Shown piece by piece: positions 19,029 to 28,884 of a DNA stretch of 64,000 bases (position 1 is its first letter; each line of letters opens with the position of its first letter). The stretch is from contig JADZFO010000027.1 in the NCBI GenBank assembly GCA_020849855.1, positions 2,585 through 66,584 of the forward strand. Direction: 5' to 3'. A model generated the notes under the pieces. The model saw only the letters and a program-made list of their open reading frames with translations, did not search any database and had not been told where the DNA came from. Both the position numbers and the translations under genes were made by a program. The DNA is from a bacterium (GTDB lineage: Bacteria; 4484-113; JAFGCY01).

Positions 19029-20309
19029 TTACATAGGGGTTCTTGCCGCTGGCAGGCTGGGTATTTCTGCAACCTGGCGCACGGTGAAGCGGAAGGGCTC
19101 GCCAAGCAGAGTTTCGAAGTGAGCGCGCAGTGAGTCGAGATCGCCCGTTGGCAGGTCCTGATCTGCCTGCAGGAGGAAGCTGATCCTGTGCTGCGCCTCG
19201 ATGACGAAGCGGTATTTGCGTAGCGGCAGATGCTGAAAGTAGCTGTTGAAAGTGCAGAGGTTCACCCAGCGCTGGTCAGGGCAGCGGATATGGTCCGTGA
19301 TTCTTCCTTCAAGGCTGCTGAAAGTCTGCAGGCCACGGCCGCAGGGGCAGGCCAGCGGGCTGAGGTCGGCGAAGTCCCCCAGCTCATAGCGGATCAGCGG
19401 CATGGCGCGGTTGCACAGACTGGTCAAAAGCAGCCTGCCGCGCCCTGCGGTGCTGATGCTGCCATCGTCCAAAAGGACCTCGGCCGCCAGTAGCTCGCTG
19501 TTGAGATGCCAGTTGCGGTATTCGCAGCGGCTGGCGATGGGGCCAAACTCATTGCTGGCGTAGCGGTCCACGGCGAAGCCGCCAAAGAAGGCGCTCATCT
19601 CCAGCGCGTCCTCAGCGCTGCAGTGCTCGCCGCAGGGGATCACCTTTTCAAACTGCCAGGGCTCAATCCCGGCCTCTCGAGCAAAGTGCATGAAGGCCAG
19701 GACAGCGGAGCTGGGGCCATACAGCAGGCGTGCGCCGCAGTCGGCAAAGTCCTGGTTCACTTCACGGGCCCGCGCCGGTGTCATCTCAAAGCAGTTGAAG
19801 ACGAAGCGGTTGAAGAAACGGTCGTAGAGCCTGGCGCGCAGGCTGCGCAGCTTGCCCGAGTCACGGCTGGAAGCCCACAGCCCGGCCTGCGGATCTGTCG
19901 GACGCAGCCTGCTGCCCCAGAGGTCACCGCGCAGCAGGGCCGCCCTGCGGGTGGCCTGGGCCTCGATGTCCACGCTGACAGTCACCGGCTCGCCCGTCGA
20001 ACCGCCGGTTTGCCAGCGGCTGATCCGGCCGGGCGGCGCATGCTCGGGCTGCAGCGCCGCAGCCTGATCGCGCAGGGTCTGGCGCGTGATGACGGGGAAG
20101 CTCTCCAGGCGCGCCGGCAGCCCTGAACCGCGGTAGTAAGGCACGGTCTCCAGGGCGTAGCGCAGGATCAGCTCCAGGCGCTCAGCGCGCAGCGCGGCGA
20201 GCTCAGCCGGGCTGGCCCACTGGCTTTGCAGCAGCGCGTCATAGGCCGCTGCCGTGGGCCGCCAGATTTCGCCGTCATAGAGCTGCCAGCCCAGCCAGCG
20301 CCAGTCCAT
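19029..20309 (-). CDS. PaaK/CapK-family adenylate-forming enzyme, paralog 4.
   Basis: An in-frame ATG gives MDWRWLGWQ; a TTG 18 nt upstream at 20327 is an alternative start. Contains TGGSTGEPVT, RYASNEFGPIASRCE, PLIRYELGD and CPCGRGL. Confidence 0.75.
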   Translation of the reverse strand: MDWRWLGWQLYDGEIWRPTAAAYDALLQSQWASPAELAALRAERLELILRYALETVPYYRGSGLPARLESFPVITRQTLRDQAAALQPEHAPPGRISRWQTGGSTGEPVTVSVDIEAQATRRAALLRGDLWGSRLRPTDPQAGLWASSRDSGKLRSLRARLYDRFFNRFVFNCFEMTPARAREVNQDFADCGARLLYGPSSAVLAFMHFAREAGIEPWQFEKVIPCGEHCSAEDALEMSAFFGGFAVDRYASNEFGPIASRCEYRNWHLNSELLAAEVLLDDGSISTAGRGRLLLTSLCNRAMPLIRYELGDFADLSPLACPCGRGLQTFSSLEGRITDHIRCPDQRWVNLCTFNSYFQHLPLRKYRFVIEAQHRISFLLQADQDLPTGDLDSLRAHFETLLGEPFRFTVRQVAEIPSLPAARTPM

Positions 20310-20354
20310 GACTGCATCATAGCGCAACCATAAGGCGCTGTTGCCTGCCTCCGA

Positions 20355-21683
20355 TCAGTCGCTCTGGGCCGCGTCGCGCTCCTTGCGCAGCAGGTTCACG
20401 ATATGCGGGCTTTTGCCGCTGCGCAGGGGCGGGATGAGTTCAAGCTGCTCAATATCCACCCGGATCTGGCCCTCGAAAAGACGCTCGAAGCCGACCAGCA
20501 CCTGGGCCCGCAGCTCGCTGCTGATCTCGCCGCGGTACTCCACCTGCAGGGTCACATGCTCCAGGGCATCCTGCACGATGCGGAACTTGGCAAAGGGCGT
20601 CAGGCGCAGGAAGCGCGTGAAGGCCATGGAGCTGATCCAGCGGCCGTCGGGGCAGTAGACATGCTCCGCCACGCGGCCCTCGATGCTGCGGAAGGTTGGC
20701 AGGCCGCGGCCACAGGGGCAGGGCGGCCCGTCGAGGTCCAGCAGGTCGCGGATGTCGTAGCGGATGGTGGGCATCAGGCGGTTGCTGAGGCTGGTGCAAA
20801 GCAGGCTGCCCCGGCCGTCCTCGCTGATGCTGCCGTCCGGGTGCTGTACCTCCAGATACAGGTGCTCGCAGCTGATATGCCAGGAGCCCGCCTCGCACTG
20901 GTGGCCCATCGGGCCCATCTCGCGCGAGGCATAGCGCTCCAGAATCACCGCACCTTCGAAGAACTCCCGGATCTCGGCCCTGGCCTCGGGCGTGCACTGC
21001 TCTGCTGTGGGCATGACCTTCTCTATGAAGGGCGGGCGCAGTCCAAGCTCCCTGGCGAAACGAATGTAGCCCAGCAGCGATGAAACATAGCCGTACAAAA
21101 ATCGCGGCCGCCGCTGGTGCAGTTCCCGGTGAATGCGCTGCACCTGCTGGCAGTCCATTACCCAGCAGTGGATGATCCAGCGGTTGTAGAGCCAGTCATA
21201 GGCCCGGCTGCGCAGGCTCTGGCTCTGCCGCGAGTCGCGCGGGTTGCCCCAGAGGCTGACGGTTGGCGCGGTGGGCTCGAAGCTGGCGCCCCAGCTGTCA
21301 CCGCGGTAGAGCGCCGCGCGGCGCCAGGCGAAGGTCAGTTCGTCGAAGTGAATCGTCGCCGGCTCACCGGTGCTGCCGCTGCTGGTGCCCTCAAAGCGCT
21401 TGCCGGGCGGGGCCTCATCCGAGAGCAGTCGGCTCTGCTCACGCATGATGAGCTGGCGGGACAGGACCGGGTAATCCGTGAGCCTTGTGCCAAGGCCCAG
21501 TTCGCGGTAGTAGGGGACAGTGCGGCTGGCATGTTCAAGCACTTCTTCGAGCCGCTCGCGCTGGTAGCGCTGCAGCTCCCGGGTGGGCCACCACTGGCTT
21601 TGCAGGCACCAGTCATAACGCTGAGCGACAGCGCGGCCGAGATCCCCGCCATAAACCTGCCAAGCCAGCCAGCGCCAGTCCAA
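20355..21683 (-). CDS. PaaK/CapK-family adenylate-forming enzyme, paralog 5.
   Basis: The TTG at 21683 gives MDWRWLAWQ. The longer ORF-track start would overlap paralog 6. Contains SSGSTGEPAT, RYASREMGPMGHQCE, CPCGRGL and SGKSP. Confidence 0.7.
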   Translation of the reverse strand: MDWRWLAWQVYGGDLGRAVAQRYDWCLQSQWWPTRELQRYQRERLEEVLEHASRTVPYYRELGLGTRLTDYPVLSRQLIMREQSRLLSDEAPPGKRFEGTSSGSTGEPATIHFDELTFAWRRAALYRGDSWGASFEPTAPTVSLWGNPRDSRQSQSLRSRAYDWLYNRWIIHCWVMDCQQVQRIHRELHQRRPRFLYGYVSSLLGYIRFARELGLRPPFIEKVMPTAEQCTPEARAEIREFFEGAVILERYASREMGPMGHQCEAGSWHISCEHLYLEVQHPDGSISEDGRGSLLCTSLSNRLMPTIRYDIRDLLDLDGPPCPCGRGLPTFRSIEGRVAEHVYCPDGRWISSMAFTRFLRLTPFAKFRIVQDALEHVTLQVEYRGEISSELRAQVLVGFERLFEGQIRVDIEQLELIPPLRSGKSPHIVNLLRKERDAAQSD

Positions 21684-21720
21684 GCCTGCATCATAGCGCG
21701 GCCCGGCTGTCTGCCCGGCA

Positions 21721-23055
21721 CTAAGGCTCCTGCGGAACTGGCAGACCGGCGGCCCGCCGGTGCAGCTTGTTGATGACAATCGGGTCCTTGCCGTTTGAGA
21801 GCGGCAGTATCTTCTCGACCAGCCGGATACGAAGCTGCATCTGCTCGCCAAGGTAGGCATGGAAGAGGCGTTCCACCTCTGCGCGCATCTCTGCCGGTAC
21901 CGGCTCGCTGCCCTGGACCTGCACCTCAATCGTGCGCTCGTCTTCCTGCACCACCCGGTATTTGCTGAAGGCCATCCTCCGCAGCGGCATGATGAAGCCC
22001 CAGGGACTGAGCCAGCCGCCGTCCGGCCGAAACAGCTGCTCCGAGAGCCTGCCGTCCAGCAGGCTCATGGTGGGCAGGCCGCGGCCGCAGGTGCAGGGGA
22101 CAGGGGTCAGGTCCACCATGTCTCCGATCTCGTAGCGGATCAGCGGCATGGCCCGGTTGTCCAGGCTTGTGGCCAGCAGGCTGCCATAGCCGCTGGGGCT
22201 GATGCTGCCGTCAGCCTGGCGGACCTCCAGCAGCAGGTTCTCGCTGTGCAGGTGCCAGGTGCCTTGTTCGCAGCGGTGGGCGATAGGGCCCAGTTCCGCC
22301 GCGCCATAGCGGTCCATGACACTGCAGCCAAAGAAGTCCCGCAGTTCCTGCTGGGCAGGCTCCAGGCAGGTCTCGGAGGTAAGCATCACCTTTTCCATGG
22401 GCGGCGGCTGCAGCCCGGCCGCGCTGGCAAAGCGGGCGTAGGCTTCCACCACCGAGGCATAGCCGACCAGCATCCGCGGCCGCAGGCGGTGCAGGGCGCG
22501 GTTGAGCTTCAGCGCCTGCTCGGCATTCATGTCCACGCGGTTGAAGACATAGCGGTTGTAGACATAGTCATACAGACGGGCGCGCCAATTCTGCTGCGAC
22601 CCTGCGTCCCGGCTGCTGACCCACAGCACGACCTGACGGTCGGTGGCGCGCAGGCTGCAGCCCCAGGCATCGCCGCGCAGCATGGCGGCCCGGCGCCAGG
22701 CCTGGGCCAAGGAATCCACCTGTGCACTGACCGGCTCGCCGGAGGATCCGGCGCTCTGCCAGTTGTAGATCTTGCCTGGCGGGGCTGGCGTGGCCAGGTG
22801 CCGCGGGTAGTCCGGCCGGAAGCTCTGACGGTCGACGACCGGAAAGGCGCTCAGGCGCGCCGGCAAGCCCAGGTCGCGATAGAAGGGCACGCTGTCCAGG
22901 GCACAGGCCAGCAGGCGTTCCAGCTTCTGCTGCTGCAGCTCAGCCAGCTTCTCCGGTGCGGCCCACTGGCTTTCCAGCAGAAAGTCATAGCAGGCAGCGG
23001 TCTGGCGCCATGTCTCGCCGCCATGCACCTGCCATAAGGTCCATCTCCAGTCCAA
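21721..23055 (-). CDS. PaaK/CapK-family adenylate-forming enzyme, paralog 6.
   Basis: The TTG at 23055 gives MDWRWTLWQ. The ORF-track extension to 23199 would overlap the polA-like gene. Contains SAGSSGEPVS, RYGAAELGPIAHRCE, PLIRYEIGD, CTCGRGL and NGKDP. Confidence 0.7.
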   Translation of the reverse strand: MDWRWTLWQVHGGETWRQTAACYDFLLESQWAAPEKLAELQQQKLERLLACALDSVPFYRDLGLPARLSAFPVVDRQSFRPDYPRHLATPAPPGKIYNWQSAGSSGEPVSAQVDSLAQAWRRAAMLRGDAWGCSLRATDRQVVLWVSSRDAGSQQNWRARLYDYVYNRYVFNRVDMNAEQALKLNRALHRLRPRMLVGYASVVEAYARFASAAGLQPPPMEKVMLTSETCLEPAQQELRDFFGCSVMDRYGAAELGPIAHRCEQGTWHLHSENLLLEVRQADGSISPSGYGSLLATSLDNRAMPLIRYEIGDMVDLTPVPCTCGRGLPTMSLLDGRLSEQLFRPDGGWLSPWGFIMPLRRMAFSKYRVVQEDERTIEVQVQGSEPVPAEMRAEVERLFHAYLGEQMQLRIRLVEKILPLSNGKDPIVINKLHRRAAGLPVPQEP

Positions 23056-23100
23056 GGGCAGAGATGATAGGGCCTGCGCCCCATGCGCTATAAACAGGGC

Positions 23101-23988
23101 ATGGCGGACCGTATCCTCCTCATCGACTCCACCGGCCTGATCTTCCGGGCCTACTGGACCATCAAGCCGCTCTCCGCGCCCGACGGCACCCCGGTGCACG
23201 CGGTCTTTGGCATGCTGCGGATCATGATGAAAGTCTTCAAGGACCGCCCGGCAACCGCCAGCGCGATGATCTTCGACGCGGGCATGGACACCTTCCGCCG
23301 CGAGATGTACGCAGACTACAAGGCCAACCGCCCGCCGCCGCCCGACGACCTGCGGCCGCAGTTCGGCCTGTCAATTGAAGCCTGCCGCTGCACCGGCGCG
23401 CCGGTCTTTGCCGAAAAGGGCTTCGAGGCCGATGACATCATCGCCACCCTGCGCGACCGCGCGGTGGAGCGCGGCATGGCGGTGACCATCATCACCGGCG
23501 ACCGCGACATCCTGCAGCTGCTGGCGCCGAATGTGGAAGTGCTGATCATGAAGGGCGCCGGCGAGTTCGACCCTTACACGCCGGAGCGCTTCCTTGAGGA
23601 GTACGGCTTCCCGGTCGACCGCTTTGTTGACTACAAGGCTCTGATGGGCGACACCAGTGACAACATTCCCGGCCTGCCCGGCGTGGGTCCTAAGACGGCG
23701 CAGAAGCTGATCCAGACCTATGGCAAGCTTGAGCACATCTATGCCAACCTGGAGTTCGTCAAGCCGGATAAGCTGCGCGGCCTGCTCAAGGAGAACCAGG
23801 AAAAGGTCTTCATGTACCGCGAGCTCTGTACCCTGCATCACACTGTGCCTGTTGAGTACGACTTCAGCTCACGGGTGATGCCAAACTTCGGCAGCGAAGA
23901 ACTGGCGGCCAAGCTGAGCGGCATGGGCTTTACCCGCATCGGCGAGGATGCGAAGAAGCTGGGGGATCTGCAGGCGGCTTCTTCGTAG
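23101..23988 (+). CDS. Standalone 5'-3' exonuclease (Pol I N-terminal domain / FEN-like).
   Basis: Contains the LLIDSTGLIFRAY and GFEADD motifs, an H3TH motif (GDTSDNIPGLPGVGPKTAQKLI), and no polymerase domain. An alternative ATG lies at 23083. Confidence 0.8.
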   Translation: MADRILLIDSTGLIFRAYWTIKPLSAPDGTPVHAVFGMLRIMMKVFKDRPATASAMIFDAGMDTFRREMYADYKANRPPPPDDLRPQFGLSIEACRCTGAPVFAEKGFEADDIIATLRDRAVERGMAVTIITGDRDILQLLAPNVEVLIMKGAGEFDPYTPERFLEEYGFPVDRFVDYKALMGDTSDNIPGLPGVGPKTAQKLIQTYGKLEHIYANLEFVKPDKLRGLLKENQEKVFMYRELCTLHHTVPVEYDFSSRVMPNFGSEELAAKLSGMGFTRIGEDAKKLGDLQAASS

Positions 23989-23989
23989 G

Positions 23990-24039
23990 GGCGGACCTTG
24001 TGTCCGCCTGGCCTCGTAGGGTGCACGCGTGCGTGCACC
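23990..24039. terminator. Two adjacent GC-rich perfect hairpins between convergent genes, a putative bidirectional terminator.
   Basis: GGCGGAC-cttgt-GTCCGCC (23990-24008) and GGTGCACG-cgtg-CGTGCACC (24020-24039). There are no U-tracts. Confidence 0.3.
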
Positions 24040-24073
24040 TTCCGGATGGTGCAGGCAGGCCTGCGCTTTGCCG

Positions 24074-24982
24074 TTAGCCCCCGCTGATGGCCAGGCGCTT
24101 CATACCGCCGCGCTGCAGCAGCTGGGCGCCCAGGCCCAGCAGGACCACCCAGACCAGAGCGCGCAGCACCATCAGCCAGGCCTCAGCGCCGCTGATATGG
24201 CCCAGGTAGATCTGCATGGGCTGGTAGAACATGTGCTGTGTCGGCAGCAGCTTGAAAGCCCGCTCCACACCCTCTGGAAACTGGCTCAGCGGGATGACCA
24301 TGCCGCCGGCGATGTTCATCACCATGCGGATACCCATGCGGATGCCGTTGTTGTATTCCAGGTAGAAACTGAGCAGGCCGATGCTGTAGTCAAGGATGAA
24401 GTTGATGCTGTAGCCCAGCACGATGGCCAGGAAGAAGGGCAGCACCGCGGCGGCGCTGGGCGGCTTGATATCCCCGAAAAGGTTGAAGACCAGCAGCAGC
24501 GGCAGGGTGGCGAAACAGAGGCGGAAGAAGGTGCGGCCGATGCCCTGGCCCAGGTAGTTCGCCATCAGGTTCAGGGGCTTAAGCAGGTCCATCGCCACCT
24601 GGCCCTCGCGGACCGCCGCGCCTAGGTTGCGCCCTGTGGGGGTCATATAGAAGGTGTTAAGCGACCAGGAGATGGTGACGTAGGTGATTGCGCCCTGCAT
24701 GTCCATCCCGCCGATGCTGGCGCCGGAGGCGTAGACGGCGCCATAGACATAGCGGTACATCACGATGATGATCGGGTAGGACAGGAAGACGAAGACCACG
24801 CCGGCGGGGTAGGCCAGATAGGAGTTGAAGCCGACCTGCGCCAGAGCGAAGATGCTGGCCAGCAGGCTGCGCAGGCCGTGGCGCGCGGGGCGCTGCGGCG
24901 GCTGGATCGTCAGCCCGGTGGCGGACAGGCTGGGACCCTGGCCTCCGGAGGCAGACACGCTGGCTCGGGCAGCAACACTCAC
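24074..24982 (-). CDS. ABC-2-family transporter permease-like membrane protein.
   Basis: About six hydrophobic helices. The overall layout resembles the ABC-2 permease family. No ATPase partner gene is adjacent. Confidence 0.45.
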   Translation of the reverse strand: MSVAARASVSASGGQGPSLSATGLTIQPPQRPARHGLRSLLASIFALAQVGFNSYLAYPAGVVFVFLSYPIIIVMYRYVYGAVYASGASIGGMDMQGAITYVTISWSLNTFYMTPTGRNLGAAVREGQVAMDLLKPLNLMANYLGQGIGRTFFRLCFATLPLLLVFNLFGDIKPPSAAAVLPFFLAIVLGYSINFILDYSIGLLSFYLEYNNGIRMGIRMVMNIAGGMVIPLSQFPEGVERAFKLLPTQHMFYQPMQIYLGHISGAEAWLMVLRALVWVVLLGLGAQLLQRGGMKRLAISGG

Positions 24983-25058
24983 AGCTAGAGCATAGCAGTG
25001 TTATTGGGGGCCGGGGCTTGTCCCTTTGCAGGGGCGTGAAGCGCGCCCGCAGCTCAGC

Positions 25059-25946
25059 TCAGCGGTTCGCCATGGCCTCAATCAGCTTGATAATCAGCAG
25101 CGGCAACGTCAAGGTCGAGATGCCAAGCAGGGTTCCACCGATAAAGGCCCCCCGATACCGGGCGGATAGCACGTCCAGCATTAGAAAGTGCCGGCATTCA
25201 CTGTCATATCGTGCTTCAACGTCGCAGAGTATTCCTGGTTTGGAAGATGCAGGCATTGCCTGGAGCACGCGCAGGATGAATAAACGCCGGAAGTCATTGA
25301 TCCGCATGAAGTGATAAACCAGGGCGACAAGTCCTGTCAGATACGCTGACCATAGTGCCACCACAAAAATGCTGATTCCGATCAGACCAAGCCATTCTGA
25401 GGCAGAGCGAGCGGGGTCAGGCGTGCCTTTTGGTGCGCCAATCAGAGCACCGCATATGGCGCACACTACTAGAATAATTGTCAGGATGATGCCTGCCCAC
25501 CAATGATTGGTACGGCCGCTCGCGTGAAAGTCCAGGTTACGTCCCAGTTTGAACAGGGCCTCGCGGGCTTCACGCTCTGCAGCAGGACTGTCCGGATTAG
25601 AAATCGGCGCAGCAAAGCGCCGTTTGTCCGGGCTTTCGAACACGAGCATCTGCATCAGGTCGTGTTGCTTCGGACCTTCGGCCCTGCGCCGGGCCCACCA
25701 GGAGATACCGTAAAGAACCACAATTCCGAAGACTCCAAAGAAGACCGCCAGCCAGAATTCCACCAAATCTGGCGCGCCGAGCTTTGTTAGGGGGAAAGCC
25801 GTCATAACACCAACGGCCCAGCCGGAAAAGAAAGCAAACCAGCCAGCGCCCGGTAATCTCCCGGTACGCGCAAGGTCGACAAGCAAGGCAACAAGGTCCG
25901 GGTTCACATCCCGCCGCTGCGCAGGATCCTCGACCAGGATGCTCAC
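25059..25946 (-). CDS. Hypothetical integral membrane protein, from a locally lower-GC gene.
   Basis: Multiple hydrophobic helices. Its stop overlaps the start region of the upstream gene by 4 nt. Confidence 0.4.
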   Translation of the reverse strand: MSILVEDPAQRRDVNPDLVALLVDLARTGRLPGAGWFAFFSGWAVGVMTAFPLTKLGAPDLVEFWLAVFFGVFGIVVLYGISWWARRRAEGPKQHDLMQMLVFESPDKRRFAAPISNPDSPAAEREAREALFKLGRNLDFHASGRTNHWWAGIILTIILVVCAICGALIGAPKGTPDPARSASEWLGLIGISIFVVALWSAYLTGLVALVYHFMRINDFRRLFILRVLQAMPASSKPGILCDVEARYDSECRHFLMLDVLSARYRGAFIGGTLLGISTLTLPLLIIKLIEAMANR

Positions 25947-27310
25947 GGCTTTGCGCCTTCCTTGCTAACCTTCACCACATAGAGGCCCGCATAGGTCGGT
26001 TCGCGGACAAGGAAGCCGCTGCCATCGCGCAGGGCCTGCCAGTCATGCACTATCTCTGGCACTTCAATGTCGCGCACCAGTGGTTCGCCAAGGGCGCTGA
26101 GCTCCGGGCGCTCAACACTCCAGTCGACGCTGAAGCTGCTCCAGTCCACCTTGCCGTACTCGATGCTCACGCCGCCGTCGCGGCTGAACAGGCAAGCGCC
26201 GTCCGGGAAACTGCAGAAGCAGCGCCAGTAGCCGCCGGCCGGCACGTCAGCGCTGCTGCCGTCAACGCGCACCAGCAGCTGCCGTGGCCCTGCAAGCGCC
26301 AGCAGCAGCGCGTCAGGCAATACCCACTCGCTGAAAATGGTCAGATCGGTCTCGCTCGCCGGAGTGAAGCGGCCAAGTTCGCCGCCCTCAGCGAAGTTGC
26401 TGAACATAGTCGCGTGGTTGTCCAGTTCCTGATACCAGAAGTTGTCGCTCAGCGGGCTCCTGTCAAAGAACTCAGCATTGTCCAGCCCCGGCAGCAGTCC
26501 GCGCTCACCGCCCGGCAGATCGACATAATTGTAGAGACCTTCCTGCCATATATCGGCTTCACTGCTGGAGACCAGACTGGCATAGTGCTCCGCAGTCGGC
26601 TCGCCAGGAATGTAAAGCAGTGCGTTCAGGCGACTGCCGCCCTTGCTGAAGGCCAGCTGTGGGCCGCCGTCGGTTTCTTCGGCCAGGGCGACGCAGCGTC
26701 CGTCGCCGCCGGCGCTGCTGCAGATCACAACCGCGTTGCAGCGTGCGGGATAGTCCTGCCCTGGCACGGGGGTGGTCACCAGGCGGCTGATGGCGACCCA
26801 TTTGCCATCGGGGCTGACCAGCAGACCGTTACCGTCAAGGGAGTACTCATCTTCGCTGAGGCACCAGCCCTCTGCTGCATGGTCCCAGCCACTGGACCAC
26901 TGCCGAGGGTCTGTCCCGTCAAGCGCCACACTGAAGAAGCGGCCGTATATGTCGCGGCAGAGTACGCGGTCGTCAGCAGTCTGGCCAAAGCTCAGTACAT
27001 CTGAGGCGATCAAGAGAGCTGAACCACTGGCCTCCAGCTCCAGCAGGCCTTTGCTTATGGCCTGCAACTCTCCCGGGGCCGTGTCATTAAGAGCTGCATC
27101 AGCCTGCAACTGAGCCTGTCGATCCTGTCGTGACTGCACCTGGCCGGCGCCGGCGTCACTGCCACCCGGCGGAGGTGGTGGCGGTGTGCTGGGTCGCGTG
27201 CTCTGCTCGCCAAAGAGGTACTCGCAGGAACCCGTCAGCGCGGTTGCGACGAACAGCCAGGGCAGGCAGACCAGCAGCAGCAGATAGAGCAGGATGCGGC
27301 GCAGACGCAT
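25943..27310 (-). CDS. Secreted hypothetical protein, possibly a beta-propeller (PD40-like).
   Basis: The internal M gives the signal peptide MRLRRILLYLLLLVCLPWLFVA. A poly-Pro linker follows. The motif VSPDGKWVAIS resembles TolB/PD40 repeats. Confidence 0.4.
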   Translation of the reverse strand: MRLRRILLYLLLLVCLPWLFVATALTGSCEYLFGEQSTRPSTPPPPPPGGSDAGAGQVQSRQDRQAQLQADAALNDTAPGELQAISKGLLELEASGSALLIASDVLSFGQTADDRVLCRDIYGRFFSVALDGTDPRQWSSGWDHAAEGWCLSEDEYSLDGNGLLVSPDGKWVAISRLVTTPVPGQDYPARCNAVVICSSAGGDGRCVALAEETDGGPQLAFSKGGSRLNALLYIPGEPTAEHYASLVSSSEADIWQEGLYNYVDLPGGERGLLPGLDNAEFFDRSPLSDNFWYQELDNHATMFSNFAEGGELGRFTPASETDLTIFSEWVLPDALLLALAGPRQLLVRVDGSSADVPAGGYWRCFCSFPDGACLFSRDGGVSIEYGKVDWSSFSVDWSVERPELSALGEPLVRDIEVPEIVHDWQALRDGSGFLVREPTYAGLYVVKVSKEGAKP

Positions 27311-27375
27311 GCGCGGATTATAGCGATGCTGCAGGGCCCGCAAATGTGCGGGCCTGGGCCGCATTTATGGGGCTT

Positions 27376-28692
27376 CTACGGCGCTACTTCAGCCGCCGCA
27401 ATCTCCACCGGCTGCAGCACCTCACGCAGCTCGCTGTACAGCGGGAACTCGGCGGCCAGCGCGGCCACGCCGGCCCTGACCTTCAACTGCTGCTCCTCGC
27501 TGAACTCGCCCTTCAGTGCCGCTCCGATCAGGGCACCCACGCGCTTGAACTCAGGCTCCTTGAAGCCGCGGGTAGTCAGCGCCGGGGTGCCGAAACGCAG
27601 CCCCGAGGCGATGAAGGGCTTTTCAGTGTCGTAGGGAATCGTGTTCTTGTTGCAGGTGATGTCCACGCTGTCGAGGCGCTCTTCGGCAGCCTTGCCGGTC
27701 AGGCCCAGGCTGCCCTTCACATCCACCAGCATCAGGTGGTTGTCGGTGCCGCCGGAGACGATGCGCAGGCCTTCCTCCTGCAGTGCCAGGGCGAGGGTCT
27801 GGGCGTTCTTGACGATCTGGCGCTGGTAACCCTGGAACTCGTCTTCCATGGCCAGCTTGAAGCAGACGGCCTTGGCGGCAATGACGTGCTCAAGGGGGCC
27901 GCCCTGCTGGCCCGGGAAAACGGCTGAGTCAATCGCCTTGGCGTGGTCCTTGCGGCAGAGGATCAGACCGCTGCGCGGGCCGCGCAGGGTCTTGTGGACG
28001 GTGGTGGTTACCACATCGGCGTAAGGCACCGGGCTGGGGTGCAGACCTGCGGCCACCAGGCCGGCGATGTGAGCCATGTCCACCATCAGGAGCGCGCCGA
28101 TCTCATCGGCCGTCTCGCGGAAGAAGGCGAAGTCCAGCAGGCGCGGATAGGCGCTGGCGCCCACTACGATCAGCTTGGGCTTATGTTCACGGGCGACCTG
28201 GCGTACCTGCTCGTAATCGATCTGCTCAGGGCCCTCAGGCGCGTCCGCGGGGCGCACGCCATAGGCCACGACGTTGTAGAGCTTGCCGGAGAGGTTCAGG
28301 GGATGTCCGTGGGTCAGGTGGCCGCCGTGGGCCAGCTCCATGCCCATGATCGTGTCGCCCGGCTGCAGAAAAGCCATGTAAGCCGAGGCGTTGGCCTGGG
28401 CGCCGGAGTGCGGCTGCACGTTGGCATGCTCAGCGCCAAAGAGCTGCTTGGCTCGCTTGATGGCCAGGCTTTCGGCGATATCAACGAACTCGCAGCCGCC
28501 GTAGTAGCGCTTGCGGGGATAGCCCTCGGCGTACTTGTTCTGCATCGGCTGGCCGAGGGCTTCGAGGACGCTGTAGTCCACGAAGTTCTCGCTGGCGATC
28601 AGCTCCAGCTTCGCGTGCTGGCGCTGTGTCTCAGCGCAGATGGCGTTGTAAATCTCGGGGTCGACATCGCGGAGATGGGAAAACCACTGCAT
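27376..28692 (-). CDS. glyA: Serine hydroxymethyltransferase.
   Basis: Has the full-length SHMT signature, including the HGGHLTHG and PLP-lysine regions ([14 protein letters not shown]). Confidence 0.9.
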   Translation of the reverse strand: MQWFSHLRDVDPEIYNAICAETQRQHAKLELIASENFVDYSVLEALGQPMQNKYAEGYPRKRYYGGCEFVDIAESLAIKRAKQLFGAEHANVQPHSGAQANASAYMAFLQPGDTIMGMELAHGGHLTHGHPLNLSGKLYNVVAYGVRPADAPEGPEQIDYEQVRQVAREHKPKLIVVGASAYPRLLDFAFFRETADEIGALLMVDMAHIAGLVAAGLHPSPVPYADVVTTTVHKTLRGPRSGLILCRKDHAKAIDSAVFPGQQGGPLEHVIAAKAVCFKLAMEDEFQGYQRQIVKNAQTLALALQEEGLRIVSGGTDNHLMLVDVKGSLGLTGKAAEERLDSVDITCNKNTIPYDTEKPFIASGLRFGTPALTTRGFKEPEFKRVGALIGAALKGEFSEEQQLKVRAGVAALAAEFPLYSELREVLQPVEIAAAEVAP

Positions 28693-28798
28693 GCCAATAA
28701 GGATAGCGGATAGCGCAGCTCAGCCAAAAGTGCAAGGCGGGGTGCGGCCTGATCCTCCAGCAGTTTTTGCCCGGTTTCGGGTATACTGTTTTCCCCAC

Positions 28799-28884
28799 GC
28801 GGAAGTGGTGGAATGGCAGACACGCCAGGTTGAGGGCCTGGTGGCCGCAAGGCCGTGCGGGTTCAAGTCCCGCCTTCCGCACCA
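28799..28884 (+). tRNA. tRNA-Leu (anticodon GAG) with a long variable arm and encoded CCA.
   Basis: Hand-folded. Acceptor stem GCGGAAG / CTTCCGC. Anticodon stem CCAGG / CCTGG with loop TTGAGGG. Variable-arm stem GGCC / GGCC. T-arm GCGGG-TTCAAGT-CCCGC. Confidence 0.8.
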
